A stretch of 37,994 bases of DNA from Chiloscyllium plagiosum (GCF_004010195.1 NC_057718.1:30222128-30260121), one strand, 5' to 3'; shown: positions 22,910 to 35,647, numbered from the stretch's first letter. Numbers and translations: made by a program. The notes: generated by a model not told the origin, from the sequence alone.

Positions 22910-23228
22910 GGTACTGGTTACCAGACCCTTGCAGTGACTGTTAAATTTTCTTAGCATTGAAACTCTTCAATTTGTATTTCTGCCGAGGATCAGCTGTAGA
23001 CTTTAATAACATCTCAAAAAGAGATGCACATTGCTGCATCACACTGGTCACTGATGTCTCATTTGTCACAGCTTGACAACATGTTAATTTAACGGTAGAG
23101 CCTTTCAAAGACATAGGGTGTTGGATCTCATCTCCATCAATGCAGAGCATCAGGAATTGAACTCGCATGTCTATCAAAATGCCGAGCAATGAGTGAGATC
23201 ATTAACAGGAAGGGCTTCCACTACTGAA
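22910..23228 (+). mobile_element. Decayed PIF/Harbinger transposase fragment
   Basis: cattgctgcatcacactggtcactgatgtctcattt (HCCITLVTDVSF) and attaacaggaagggcttccac (INRKGFH), the Harbinger NRKG.HS motif. Confidence 0.6.
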
Positions 23229-23236
23229 ACATTTCC

Positions 23237-23470
23237 TGTGGGTGCTTCATTTTCTTCCCACAGTCCAAAGATGTGCAGGTGGATTGGCTATGCTAAGTTG
23301 CCCATAGTGTCCAGGGATGTGTAGTTTGGGTGGATTAGCCACGGGAAATGCAGGGTTGCAGGAATGGAGTACAAGGGTGGGTCTGGGTAGCGTGTTGTTC
23401 GGAAGGTCGATGTGGACTTGATGAGCCAAATAGCCTGCTTCCATGCTGTAGGGACTTTATGATTCTATGA
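23237..23470 (+). mobile_element. 5'-truncated HE1-type SINE
   Basis: CCCACAGTCCAAAGATGTGCAGG...GTGGACTTGATGAGCCAAATAGCCTG...TATGATTCTATGA. Confidence 0.82.
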
Positions 23471-24049
23471 ACATATAACATTTGATTTCCATGTTGCAAA
23501 AACCTTTCTTGTCATTCCGGTAAAAATAGTCAATTTCAATCTAGTCCCAAAAAATGAAAACATTCTCGACTTTTACAGACCTTCCTCCACTTTTGGAATA
23601 TGATCTTCCCTGTCCCAGATTCCAGGCTTTCGACACTCTTGAGACATCTCAATTCCTTCGATGAATTGTAAAATTTTGTCACAATCAACAGATCTCTCCC
23701 TTGGTCAAATAACACCTTATTTATCTTTGCTGCTGAGTGTCGAAAAGAGACCCACTTTCCATCTGACCACACCCTAACCATCCTTACTAGCACGAGTGAC
23801 CAGAAAACCCATTCCATTTCAATTTAAAGCTTGCCCCAAAAAGTCTGAATTTTAATTATTTGCCTATCAGAGGTGGATTTCTCACACAAACACAGACCTG
23901 GCTCCTGTTTCCTGCTTTGTGGTGAAAATTCAGCCCGTTGCCAACTTTTAAATATTATAAAGTTGATGATTAGTTGAAGGAAAGAAGTAAAAGTTTACTG
24001 AAACAAAGCAGACAAATTGTATTTGAACTACTGTTTGTGTTTAAAGTAA

Positions 24050-24305
24050 GGGTGGCATGGTGGCTCAGTGGTTAGCACTGCTGCCTCACAGTAGTAGGGG
24101 CCCAGGTTCATTTCCATCCTTAGGTGACTATCTGTGTGGAGTTTGCACAGTCTCCCTGTGCCTGCATGGGTCTGCTCTGGTTTCTTTCCACAATACAAAA
24201 GATGTGCAGGTTAGGTGCATTAGTACAGGTAAATGTAGAATAATAGGGTCGGGCTGGGTTGCTCTTTAGAGGGTCAGTGTGGACTTGTTGGGCCAAGTGA
24301 CCTAA
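24050..24305 (+). mobile_element. HE1-type tRNA-derived SINE
   Basis: A box TGGCTCAGTGG (24061-24071), B-box-like GGTTCATTTCC, TGTGTGGAGTTTGCAC core, CR1-like tail. Confidence 0.85.
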
Positions 24306-24638
24306 TTCAACCTCCCAATTTCCCTCTCATTCTGTGTAAAATTCTTTTTTCTTTTAACCCTGATAATGAGAACAAATATTTATAAAGTTCAATGCCTAGT
24401 CATTTCTTAAAACAAAAATACCAGATCATGTCATCACTTATATACAAATTAGCTGAATAATTAAAAATGAGGCATTAATTGATACAGACAAGAAAAATTA
24501 CGGCTAAATGCGTAATTGTCAAATGAGCTTTCTATCGTGAGAACATCTTTCCTTTAAAGGATATTGCAGTGAATTATCTTGCATCAGTTTACAATTGACA
24601 TTCCAATCAGGACATGAGAAACTGTCCATTTTTTTCAG

Positions 24639-24764
24639 GTCAGTTTGTTTGGATACTCTGCCTGGCAATTTGACGAGGTTCGAGGACAGTGTTACTTACA
24701 TCAGTTCTTGAAGGAACAACCAGATTTGAATTACAGAAATGTTGACGTGCAAGAAGAAATGAAA
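24639..24764 (+). CDS. SLC3A1: SLC3A1 exon 4 (domain B, QPDLN)
   Basis: tttttcag|[45 protein letters not shown]; donor AAA|gtaggt; 126 nt. Confidence 0.95.
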
Positions 24765-25342
24765 GTAGGTAGCTTTTGGTTTGGCCTATGGCTCAACTCA
24801 AGTTATGTTGTTAGCCACATAAATGTGCATAACAGATTTATGGTTTCTTCATTATTTTAATGTCAGTATGAAAAATGTATGCTAACTCATTACATCCATC
24901 TCCCTGCACTAGGAAATAAAGAAACTAGTGGGAAATGTTAGAGATCAGCATTAAGTCTTATTTTTAATAAGATAGAACCCAACTGAATAGTCAAAATTAC
25001 ACAGCTGCAAGTTATGCTGAGTTTGCATGGGGCCCAGAGCATGATTTATGACGATTGACTACATGGATTTTCACTCATTGTTAATATTCAAAATGTATTC
25101 TGATACATAGGATGGACTATGAAGCAGGAATCAATTGTCAGAGCCTACCAATTTTTGTGTATGCCTAATTTTCCTCCATAACCAGATTTGTAACCTATGT
25201 TTAAATAACTTGGTATTGCATCTTACCTGTAAGCCATATGAATTGAATCTGGGAACTTCATTGTCTGAATGCCTCACTTCCAGATTGAACAAGGACTTTA
25301 CCAAATGAACCACAGGGATGCTATTTTGGAGTTTTAAGCTTA

Positions 25343-26498
25343 GAGTCATAGAGCTGTACAGCATGGAAACAGACCCTTTGGACCAACTCTTCCATGCTGA
25401 CGAGATATTATAAATTAATTCAGTCCCATTTGCCAGCATTTGGCCCATATCTTCCTATTCATATACCATCCAGATGTTTTTTAGATGCTGTAATTGTACT
25501 AGCCTCCACCTCTGGCAGTTTATTTCATACATGCATCACTCTCTGTGTGAAAATGTTGTCCCTTAGGTCCCTTTTAAATCTTTCCCCTCCAACCTCTAGT
25601 TTTGGACTCCCCCACCCTGGGGAAAAGACTGGCTACTCACCTTATCCATGCCCCTCATGATTTTATAAACCTCTCTTAGGTCACCTCACAGCCTCAGACA
25701 CTTCACAGAATAGGGCCCCAGCCCATTCAACCTCTCCCTATAGCTCAAACCCTCCAAACCCAACACCATCCTTGTGAATATTTTCTGAATCCTTTCAAAT
25801 TTCATCAATATCCTTCATATAGCAGAGAGACCAGAATTGAACGCAGCCTTCCAGAAGTGTCCGAACTAATTTCCTGTACAGCCACAACCATGACCTCTCA
25901 ACTCCTATACTCAATATACTGACTAATAAAGGCAAGCATACCAAATGCCTTCTTCACTATCCTATCTACCTGCAACTCCACTTTCAAGGAATTGTGAACA
26001 TGTACTCTAAGGTCTCTTGATTCAGCAACAGTCCCCAGGACCTTACCATAAATGTATAATTCCTGACCTGATTTGCCTTTCCAAAGTGCAGCACCTAACA
26101 TTTAACTAAATTAAACTCCGATCTGCCACTCCTCGGCCCATTCGATCAAGGTCCCGTTGTACTCTGAGGTAATCATCTTCGCTGTCCACTGTACCTCTAA
26201 TTTTGGTGTCATCTGCAAACGTACTAACTATACCTCCTATGTTCACATCCAAATCATTTATACAAATGACGAAAAGCAGTGGACCAATCCTTGGGGTACA
26301 CTGCAGGTCTCAGGGCTCCAGTCTGAAAAGCAAACCTCCAGACTGAAAAGCAATCCTTCACCATCACCCTCTGTCTTCTATCTTCAAGCCAGTTTTGTAC
26401 CCAAATGGTTAGTTCTCCCTCTATTCTGAGTGGTCTAACCTTGCTAAGCAGAATGCCTTGAGGAACTTTGTCTAATGCCTTTCTGAGGTCCATATACA
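25343..26498 (-). mobile_element. 5'-truncated CR1 LINE
   Basis: YMDLRKALDKVPQG...WVQNWLEDRRQRV; VDRIVKKAFGMLAFI; 3' tail near 25343. Confidence 0.92.
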
Positions 26499-26729
26499 TT
26501 TAGAAATTATTAGAGAAACATTTTGGAGATATAAATTTAGATTCCAAATGGGAAATTATAAGTACACATAATACTACTTCCATTTTGATTGTGTTGGCAA
26601 CACAGACTAACATCTGTAATCTGCCAACACTTTTTATGAACATTTATTACAATTAAAATAATAAAATGTAATATGACTAGATAATCTACTTTTTTGATGC
26701 TCATTCAAGAATGTCCAAGGTATAATTCC

Positions 26730-26885
26730 CCTGACCTTGTACTAAATGGTGTCATAGGGATCTTTTACATAATTCTTAACCTTGTCTAAACAATGTCCAC
26801 TCATAGTGCTTGCTCATTACTGCACTGGAGTGTTAGCCTGTTTTTTTGTGTTCAAGCACTGGAGAGGTATTGAAACACAGTTGAC
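26730..26885 (-). mobile_element. Decayed Deu-type SINE fragment
   Basis: tactgcactggagtgttagcctg...tgtgttcaagcactggagaggtattgaaac matches the reverse complement of a tRNA-head/Deu-SINE 5' region. Confidence 0.5.
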
Positions 26886-27071
26886 TTTATTTCAAATTAA
26901 AAATTCCTTAGCTCAGCTTTTCTGTGATCAACTGATTGTCCTCTTGGTTTAGCTATGTAACTCACAGTATTGTATTCACTGTTGTGTGGAGTTTGCATAT
27001 TTTGATTTAGTCTTTTCATTAAACATGTGATACATGTATATGATGATTTGAACTTTTCTATTTTTTTCAAG

Positions 27072-27191
27072 AATGTATTACGATTTTGGCTGAAGAAGGG
27101 GGTTGATGGTTTCAGAGTGGATGCAGTCAAATATCTTCTAGAAGCTGAAAGCTTAAGAAATGAACCTCAAGTCAACTTAACACAGAACCCG
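27072..27191 (+). CDS. SLC3A1: SLC3A1 exon 5 (GH13 region II, nucleophile Asp)
   Basis: tttttcaag|[43 protein letters not shown]; donor CCG|gtgagc; 120 nt. Confidence 0.95.
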
Positions 27192-27737
27192 GTGAGCAAC
27201 ATGATTTCTTATGAAAATTAGTAAATTGCCTTTGACACTGTCCATGGTACATGAATTCTACAATTCATTCCGCTCAGGTAATGATAGAAAGGTGACAAAC
27301 GTTAAATGTAGATTAAAAGTTTTTTAAAATGTTGTCAAAATCAAGAACTTACTCAAACTTAAAAAAAAGTCAGTTCTAGATGAAGAATCCATGGGTCATG
27401 TTCAGAAAATTGTAATTTTCTATTATATGCAAAGGGATTCTTATCTGTTATTGGATAATTTGCTGGAGCATTTTGCAATTCTTTAACTTATGAATATTAT
27501 GAAAGGCTTCATAGAGTGCTATATTCCAGATAGTTATCTGATGAAGAAATAAACCAAAGCTAATCTTTACTCAAAATAGCTTTATTCACAGTGAGAAATT
27601 AACCAGTATATATCTCTTGATCAAGTGAACTTGTCTGTCATTAAGTATCTCCTTAATAATGGTCAGGTAACTATCCAAAGTTCTCTAACTTGTATTCACT
27701 TAACCTCAATTGATACAATTAATATTATGGCTAATAC

Positions 27738-28050
27738 TCTCATGGAGCAGTGGAAGTATCCATACAACTAACGCAGAGGCTCTAGGTTCAAGCCCCACTG
27801 GTACCAGAGGTTTATCACACCATGTCTGAAAAGATTGAATAAAGATAATTTTTATGAGCAGTGACAGTGGTGTAGTGGTAATGTCAAGTAATCCACAGCT
27901 AATGCCCTGGGGACTTAATTTCAAATTCCACCATAAAAGTGGGCAAAATTTAAATTATGAAGGCCACTTGTGGTGCAGTGCAGGGGCCCTATCTTTGGGT
28001 CAGAATTTCCAAGTTGAGACCCATCTGCCACAAAAGAGAAATGTCTACAG
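27738..28050 (+). mobile_element. Cluster of three decayed tRNA-like SINE heads
   Basis: TGGAGCAGTGG..GGTTCAAGCCCC; GTGGTGTAGTGG..TTCAAATTCCCACCA; GTGGTGCAGTG..GTTGAGACCC. Confidence 0.5.
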
Positions 28051-28329
28051 TTTGATTAAAAATATAGAGGCTACTAGTACTTCAGTGTCAACAACTGGCA
28101 AAGGCATTTCAGCAGCACATCTTTGACCTCAACATGGGTATTTCTAGTTAAAGGAAGAAGAAAAAGCAGATTGGGCACAAAAAATAGCAGCTGTAAGGAG
28201 AGCATGGAGGAGGAGGAGAGTTTATACCAATCACCTTTCCCAGATTTCAGACTCAAGACATCATTCTCAGCAGTTCTTAGAGAAGAAAATGCTTAGTGAG
28301 GCTCTGCTTCTTCTGAAAGGTGGTAACAG

Positions 28330-28700
28330 TAGCATTACGTTCTGCGCAAAACCAGTGACCAGAACCTTGCCTGTCATTGCTTCCCTGAACATTTTAGTGT
28401 CCAAATCCTTCTGGGCTACCACAGGGAATAGCAGTAACATTAGTCAGTCTACTGCTCATGTTTGCATCATGTTGGTCACAGAGCACACTTTCCTGTGGAC
28501 AACTGAAAATAGCAAGATAAGGCTCTGGAGTTAATAAAACATTTTTAGACTCCTCATAAGTCCAGGGAATCATCGACTGCACACACATTACCACCTGGAC
28601 TTCCACAGAATGTCCTGAATCTCAACAGCTTTCACATTTTTCAAGCTTAAATGGTGTGTGATTATCAGTAACATATCATGCAGAATTCCATCCTCTGGTG
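28330..28700 (+). mobile_element. Decayed PIF/Harbinger transposase fragment
   Basis: LPVIASLNILVSKSFWATTGNSSNISQSTAHVCIMLVTE (HTH region), followed by gtccagggaatcatcgactgcacacac = VQGIIDCTH (first catalytic Asp motif). Confidence 0.72.
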
Positions 28701-29481
28701 ATACTACATCTTTAGGAAAGTTCTGCGAGTAGGGAAGAGGGACAAGGGTTAACAGTTAATTACAAAGATTAGCAATCACAAATGAGAGACAATGCGTTAG
28801 ATTTTAATGCAGAGCGTGGGGAAAGAAACATGAGTATACAGAAAGAGGGAGATGTTTAAAAACTCTGCTCTGTGTGTCCTCCAGCCTGTCTATTGTACTG
28901 CATGCCCTTCCTCTGTCAGTATGTTAACAGGGTCTCCAACCTTAGCATGAGATTTTCATTGATACCAGCCCTCTTTCAGATCTTGTCATTTACCTCAAAA
29001 TACATACCAGCACGTCCAGCAAAAGCAGGGAGTGGACTACAAACATGTTTGCAGAAACATGAAGAAGTGTGGGACAGCTCAGCTGACCGCAAGAAACAAT
29101 TGGTGTCAGGAAATGGATCAAATCATTAGGGCATCAGCAAATGCTGATACAACAAATAAAGATATGGACAAAGGATTTGTGGTGCTGGAGCTAAAGCATG
29201 TAAGGACAAGCTGAGCAGAGAGTAAAAGCTGTATATTGCAATAACACTGGTAAGACTTTTCAGGCATTACTGGCTGGTCCGGGTTAAATATTGCTTTCAC
29301 TGACGTTGGGAAAGCACTTGTGTCTTATTGCTGCACTATATTCCAGAACATATGACAGTCAGATGAGGACCTTTCAGTCTCATGTTCAATGCTCTCCACA
29401 ATTAAAAAGGTTTTGATATTATTGGTCAACATCAAGCACTCATAACTGTACTAATTAGATTTTCTTTATTTATTCTTCAAG

Positions 29482-29606
29482 AATAATATCACATCATATG
29501 ATGAACTCTATCATGATTACACAACCACACAAGTGGGCATTCACGATATTGTCCGCGACTGGCAACATGTTTTGCAAGAGTTTAGTAAAGAACCCGGCAG
29601 ATACAG
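29482..29606 (+). CDS. SLC3A1: SLC3A1 exon 6
   Basis: ttcttcaag|AAT; NNITSYDELYHDYTTTQVGIHDIVRDWQHVLQEFSKEPGRY-R; donor AG|gtaagg; 125 nt; translated by hand (this frame is not in the ORF track). Confidence 0.95.
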
Positions 29607-29807
29607 GTAAGGAAAACCTTACATTCAAATACCCTCCACCATCATCCAAGAAATCCTCAAGTCACCTCAGAAGTTGTTTATATACAATTAATTCATTGAC
29701 ATTCAGCTGCTGGTGTAACTTTGGCCATTCTGACTGAAATTTTTTCTTTGAATCTTGGCATTCATTCATTCACATTAATGTGAACAGTGAAAAGGAAGAA
29801 TAACAAT

Positions 29808-29910
29808 TCAGCATTCCCTCAGTACTGATTATGAGCTTAAGTGCTGCAATAGCCTTGAATCCATAACTTTGTGACTCAGAGATGAGAGTGCTATCCTAAT
29901 TGGCCAAAAG
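29808..29910 (-). mobile_element. Decayed Deu-type SINE head
   Basis: cagcattccctcagtactg...cttgaatccataactttgtgactcagagatgagagtgctatcc. Confidence 0.55.
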
Positions 29911-29959
29911 CCATTTAGATTTTGTGTTGAATCACGACCAAAAAGTTAAATCCTCTTCT

Positions 29960-31120
29960 TTGCATTCTCTGGGAAGCAAGGGAGAAGATTGCAGAGCCAT
30001 TGGCCTTGATTTTTATGTCCTCGTTGTCTACAGGAGTAGTGCCAGAAGATTGGAGGCTAGCAAATGTGGTTCCCTTGTTCAAGAAGGGGACTAGGGATAA
30101 CCTTAGTAACTATAGGCCGGTGAGTCTCACTTCTGTTGTGGGCAAAATCTTAGAGAGAATTGTAAGGGATAGGATTTATGAACATCTGGATAGGAATAAT
30201 GTGATCAAGGATAGTCAGCATGGTTTTGTGAAGGGCAGGTCGTGCCTCACAAACCTTATTGAATTCTTTGAGAAGGTGACTAAGGAGGTGGACGAGGGGA
30301 AAGCAGTAGATGTTGTGTATATGGATTTTAGTAAGGCGTTTGATAAGGTTCCCCATGGTAAACTACTGCAAAAAATACGGAGGTATGGCATTGACGGTGA
30401 GTTGGAGGTTTGGATTAGGAATTGGCAGGCTGGAAGAAGACAGANNNNNNNNNNNNNNNNNNNNNNNNNNNNNNNNNNNNNNNNNNNNNNNNNNNNNNNN
30501 NNNNNNNNNNNNNNNNNNNNNNNNNNNNNNNNNNNNNNNNNNNNNNNNNNNNNNNNNNNNNNNNNNNNNNNNNNNNNNNNNNNNNNNNNNNNNNNNNNNN
30601 NNNNNNNNNNNNNNNNNNNNNNNNNNNNNNNNNNNNNNNNNNNNNNNNNNNNNNNNNNNNNNNNNNNNNNNNNNNNNNNNNNNNNNNNNNNNNNNNNNNN
30701 NNNNNNNNNNNNNNNNNNNNNNNNNNNNNNNNNNNNNNNNNNNNNNNNNNNNNNNNNNNNNNNNNNNNNNNNNNNNNNNNNNNNNNNNNNNNNNNNNNNN
30801 NNNNNNNNNNNNNNNNNNNNNNNNNNNNNNNNNNNNNNNNNNNNNNCGTATGGAGTCAGCTATTATGAGGGGGCATAGCTTTAAATTAAGGGGGGGTAGG
30901 TATAGGGCAGATGTTAGGGGTAGGTTCTTTACTCAGCGTGTCGTGAGTTCATGGAATGCCCTGCCAGTAGCAGTGGTGGACTCTCCCTCATTATGGGCAT
31001 TTAAGCGGGCATTGGATAGGCATATGGAGGATAGTGGGCTAGTGTGGGTTAGGTGGGCTTGGATCAGCGCAACATCGAGGGCCGAAGGGCCTGTACTGTG
31101 CTGTATTCTTCTATGTTCTA
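29960..31120 (+). mobile_element. Relatively young CR1 LINE spanning a gap
   Basis: Open frame 30000-30444: VPEDWRLANVVPLFKKG..NYRPVSLTSVVGK..QHGFVKGRSCLTNL..YMDFSKAFDKVPH; 3' end RGHSFKL..FFTQRVVSSWNALP. Confidence 0.93.
30445..30846. other. Assembly gap (402 N)
   Basis: N run inside a CR1 element. Confidence 0.99.
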
Positions 31121-31869
31121 TAAATATCCTTGTTAATAATAAATATCAATGATCAAGAAATCAACTTTATACAGTTACATGTGAATTTCAGAGAAAGGAT
31201 TCTAACCATTAAACCTAACTAAAATCCTGCAATAAATCCAGGAAGTGTCGGGAGAAACTCAGCCAGGTTGGCTGCATCTGGAGAGAGAGAAAAACAGGGT
31301 TAATATATTGAATCCCATGACTATCGATAGTCATGTGGAGATTGCATGGAGTTATTGTGGAGAGCTGAGCAGCAAAGGTGATGGAAGAAGGCAATGAAAA
31401 GTCATGGAGCATGCTGCACTGCAGCAGGAAGGAGTATCTGATTGCTGAGAATAATAAAGAATCTTAATTGCTCAGAGAGTACTCATCCTACTCATAGCCC
31501 TAGAAACAAGACACTTTGGTTCAATCCAGCAGTCCTCACTTCCCCATAGCTGCTGCATTTCCTTTTATGTGGGCTTAAAGAGACTCCTTTGCTTTCTGCA
31601 ATGATATCTTAGAAGAAAAAGCATAAAAATATAACTTGTAGTCTGCACCTTCTGAAACATGATTCAAATGGAAGTATCAGGCATATTTATCTACTTAAAA
31701 GCCTCTGTTATAATTGTTTTCAGACTATCAACTATGAAGTCAGAGACACATTTTGCCACAGCACTCCGACTTGCATTGTTCATCTTGTCAGACTTTTACT
31801 CTAATTTTCTTGTATTCAGTAATGAAAATCATTCCTTGAAATGAGCCTTAATTTCCTTGGGCCTATAAT

Positions 31870-34452
31870 AGAACATAGAACAGTACAAGCACTTTGGCCC
31901 TTGATGTTGTGCTGACCTTTTATCCTACTTTAAGATCAGACTATCCTATACATCCTTCATTGTACTATCTTCCATGTGCCTATTTAAGAGTTGCTTAAAT
32001 GTCCCTAATGTATCTGACTCTACTACCACTGCTGGCAGTGCATTCCATGCACCCACCACTCTCTGTATAAAGAACCTACCTCAGATATCTCCCCTAAACC
32101 TTCCTCCATTTCCTTAAAATTAAACCCCCTCGTGATAGACATTTCCACCTTGGGAAAAAGGTTTCTGGCTCTCTATCTATGCCTCTCATCATCTTATACA
32201 GCTCTATTAAGTCACCTCTCATCCTTCTTCACTCCAATGAGGAAAGCCCTAGCTCCCTCAACCCTTCTTCATAAGACATGCCCTCCAGTCCAGGCAGCAT
32301 CTTGGCAGATCTCCTGTGCACCCTCTCCAAAGCTCCCACATCTTTCCTATAATGAGGCAACCAGAACTGAACACAATATTCCAAGTATGGTCTAACAAGG
32401 GCTCTAAAGAACTGAAGTATAACCTGGCTCTTAAACTCAATAACCTTGCTAATGAAAGCCAACACACCATACACCTTCTTAACAACCCTATCAACTTGGG
32501 TGGCAACTTTGAGAGATCTAAGGACCTGGACCTCAAATCCCTCTATTCCTCCACACTGCTAAGAATTCTGCCTTTAACTCTGTATTCTGCATTCAAATTT
32601 GACCTTCCAAAGTGAATCAAGTCAAATTTTTCCAGGTTTAACTCCATCTGCCACTTATCAGCCCAGTTCTGCATCCTATCAATGTCCCAATGCAACCTAC
32701 AACAACCGTCCACATTATTCACAACTCCACCAATCTTTGTGTCATTAGCAAACTTACTAATCCAATCTTCCACTTCCTCATCCAATTCATTTATAAAAAT
32801 CACAAAACCGATCCCTGCAGAACACCACTGGTCACCAAGCTCCAGGCTGAATCCTTTCCATCTACCACCACCCTGTCTTCTATGGGCTCGCCAATTCTGT
32901 ATACAGACAGCCAGATACCTCTGTATCCCATGCTTCCTTACTTTCTGAATGAGTCTACCTTGGGGAACCTCATCAAATGCCTTGCTAAAACCCATGTGCA
33001 CCACATCCACTGCTCTACCTTCATCAATGAGTTTTGTCACATCCTCAAAGAATTCAATAAGGTTTGAGAGGCATGACCTGCCCGTCACAAAGCCATGTTG
33101 ACTTTCTCTAATCAAACTATGGTTTTCCAAGTAATCACAAATCCTGTCTCTCAGAATCCTCTCCAATACTTTGCCCACCACAGATGTAAGACTGACTGGT
33201 TTGTAATTCCCAGGATTATCCACATTTCGTTTCTTGAAGAAGGGAATAACATGTGCCAGCCTCCAATCATTTGGCACTACTCCAGTGGACAGTGGGAAGT
33301 AAAGATCATCGCCAAAGGTGCTGCAATCTCTTCCCTTACTTCCTACGGTATATCCCATCTGGCCCAACGGATGTATCTATCCTTGCTTTTCAAAATTTTC
33401 AGCGCATACTCCTTCATAACCTGTTTGAGCATATCAGTTGTTTCATGCAGTCCTCAGAAACACTAAGGTCCCTCTCAGTCGTGAATACTTAAGCAAAATA
33501 TTCATTAAGGACCTCCCCTACCTTGTCTGACTCTGGGCACAAATTCCATCCACTATTGGCCCTACCCTCATTCTGGCCATTCTCTTGTTCCTCACAGAAG
33601 CATAGAATGCCTTAGGGTTTTATTTAATCCTATCCGCTAAAGCTTTTTCATCCTCCCTTCTAGCTCTCCTAAGTTAATTCTTCAATTCCTTCCTGGCTAT
33701 CTTGTAACCCTTGAAAGCCCTGTCTGATCCTTGCTTCCTCATCCTTAGGTAAGTTTCCTTCTTCCTCTTGACTAGATGTTCCTCATCCCTTGTCAACCAA
33801 GATTCTTTCAACCTACCATCCCTTCCTTGCCTCAGTGGGACAAACCTGTCCAGCACTATCAACAAGTCCTTCCTAAACAATCTCCACGTTTCTTGTGCAT
33901 TTCCCCTAGAACATCTGTTCCCAAATTAAGTGCCCCAGTTCTGGTCAAATTGCATTGTAATTCCCCCTCCCCCAATTCAATCCTTTCCCATACCTGACAT
34001 CTGGCACCAAATCCTTTAGTTGGCCTATCTACATATTGAGTCAGGAACCCTTCCTGGACACATCTGACAAAAACTGCTCCATCCAAACTATTTGAACTAA
34101 GAAGGTTCCAATCAATATTAGGGAAGTTAAAGTTACCCATGACAACAACCCTGTTATTTCGGCACATTTCCAAAATCCATCTCCCAATCTGCTCCTTGGT
34201 GTCTCTGCTGTTACTGAGGGGGTCTGTAGAAAACTCCCCAAAAGTGACTGCTTCTTTCCTGTTTCTGACTTCCACCCATACTGACTCTGTAGACAAACCC
34301 TCTTCAACGGCCTCCCTTTCTACAATTGTGATAGTACCCTTAATTAGTAATGCCACTCCTCCACTGCTTTTACCTCCTCTCCCCATTCCTTTTGAAACAT
34401 CTAAACCCTGGAACATTCAGCAACTATACCTGCCCCGTGATATTCAAGTCTC
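31870..34452 (-). mobile_element. Decayed CR1 LINE (endonuclease to 3' tail)
   Basis: GGVALLIK, MGNFNFPNIDW, NYKPVSLTSVVGK, KFANDTK, LEYCVQFWLP; tail near 31870. Confidence 0.93.
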
Positions 34453-34720
34453 CAGTGAGTACATCGACACTTGCCAAATATCTAAGTTCTTTTAAACACT
34501 GAAGTGTTGTATTACAGCTCACTGGATGAAACATGTTTACTTTCTCGCCTTCAGAAAATGCTAAATACTGACATAAGCCAAAAGGCCATTTTTTTCTTTA
34601 GATGTGTAAAATTTTGACCTTATTTGCATTATGTAAATTATAGCAATATATCATGATTAAGACAAATTTATTCATTGCTTGTCAGTATGGAATACATTTT
34701 TAATCACATTATCTTTGCAG

Positions 34721-34922
34721 ATTTCTAATGACTGAATCATATGACAATGAAGAGATTTATAAAACTATGATGTACTATGGAACATCTATACAACAAGAAG
34801 CTGACTTTCCCTTTAACTTCTACCTTATTGATCTCTATAAAGAGATGTCAGGAGATGGAGTATTTAAAATTGTAGATTATTGGATGCGCAACATGCCTGC
34901 AGGAAAATGGCCAAACTGGGTG
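34721..34922 (+). CDS. SLC3A1: SLC3A1 exon 7 (GH13 region III, acid/base Glu)
   Basis: tctttgcag|A; FLMTESYDNEEIYKTMMYYGTSIQQEADFPFNFYLIDLYKEMSGDGVFKIVDYWMRNMPAGKWPNWV; donor GTG|gtatgt; 202 nt. Confidence 0.95.
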
Positions 34923-35464
34923 GTATGTATTTACCTAAACTTTATAGAAAATGGCTAATGAATAGGACCTTAAATTTCATGGGTAACTGGTAATGCTAGT
35001 ATATTTAACTTAGTTGTTATCTTGTTCAATTTAATATATTCCCACCTTGTGGAATGTAATAGCACAGCAGGTTAAATTTGAATTGAAAATTATCTTTTGC
35101 TCTTAAATCTAGTGAAATGGGTTGTGTGCAATTTTGTCTTAAACGTTGCAGGAAGCAGAAATCTCCAGCAGTGATAATCCGTTTCAGCAATCATTCGTAA
35201 TAAGCTGCAAAGATGGCCTGTTAGGGAAATTCAAAACCTATTTTGAAGTAAAGAAGGAAATTTCTTTTGGTTTGAAATTAAGCCAAGTAGTGGGTAAAAC
35301 AAATAAATCAAGTTACAGTGTGTCTAGGAACAAATACATTGCAAAGTATATGTGTGAAAAGAACTGGTTTGTTAACATAACCTACTGAATATTGTATTCC
35401 AATGTTAAAATTATACATTGTAACACAATTAGTTGCTATGTATTCCTATTTTCTTGACTTTTAG

Positions 35465-35647
35465 GTAGGAAATCATGACAATTCTCGCATTGCATCTCGT
35501 GTTGGTGAAAAGTACGTTAAGGTCATTAATATGCTTTTGCTGACTCTTCCTGGAACTCCTACTACTTATTATGGAGAAGAATTAGGAATGGAGAATATTA
35601 CTGTATCTGAAGATGAGATTCAAGATCCTTTTGGAAAATTTGATCCC
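35465..35647 (+). CDS. SLC3A1: SLC3A1 exon 8 (GH13 region IV, NHD)
   Basis: gacttttag|[64 protein letters not shown]; donor CCC|gtaagt; 183 nt; translated by hand. Confidence 0.95.

Noticed and set aside
23536..23817. 93-aa minus-strand ORF as a nested gene or an inverted exon 2
   Set aside because: No GH13 exon 2 motifs and no recognisable domain; GRDLLIVTKFY resembles a decayed LINE C-terminus; probably a chance ORF
24050..24125. tRNA gene
   Set aside because: A and B boxes are present, but the sequence continues into a SINE core and tail and I see no proper cloverleaf
28289..28700. Domesticated HARBI1 gene
   Set aside because: Frameshifted, fragmentary and heavily degenerate; a transposon relic
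30310..31152. Long ORFs spanning the second gap
   Set aside because: N read-through; only the CR1 RT frame before the gap and the CR1 C-terminus after it are meaningful
31240..31330. Another hammerhead-bearing mini-element
   Set aside because: Resembles an old PLE terminus, but no core motif or TSD can be recognised
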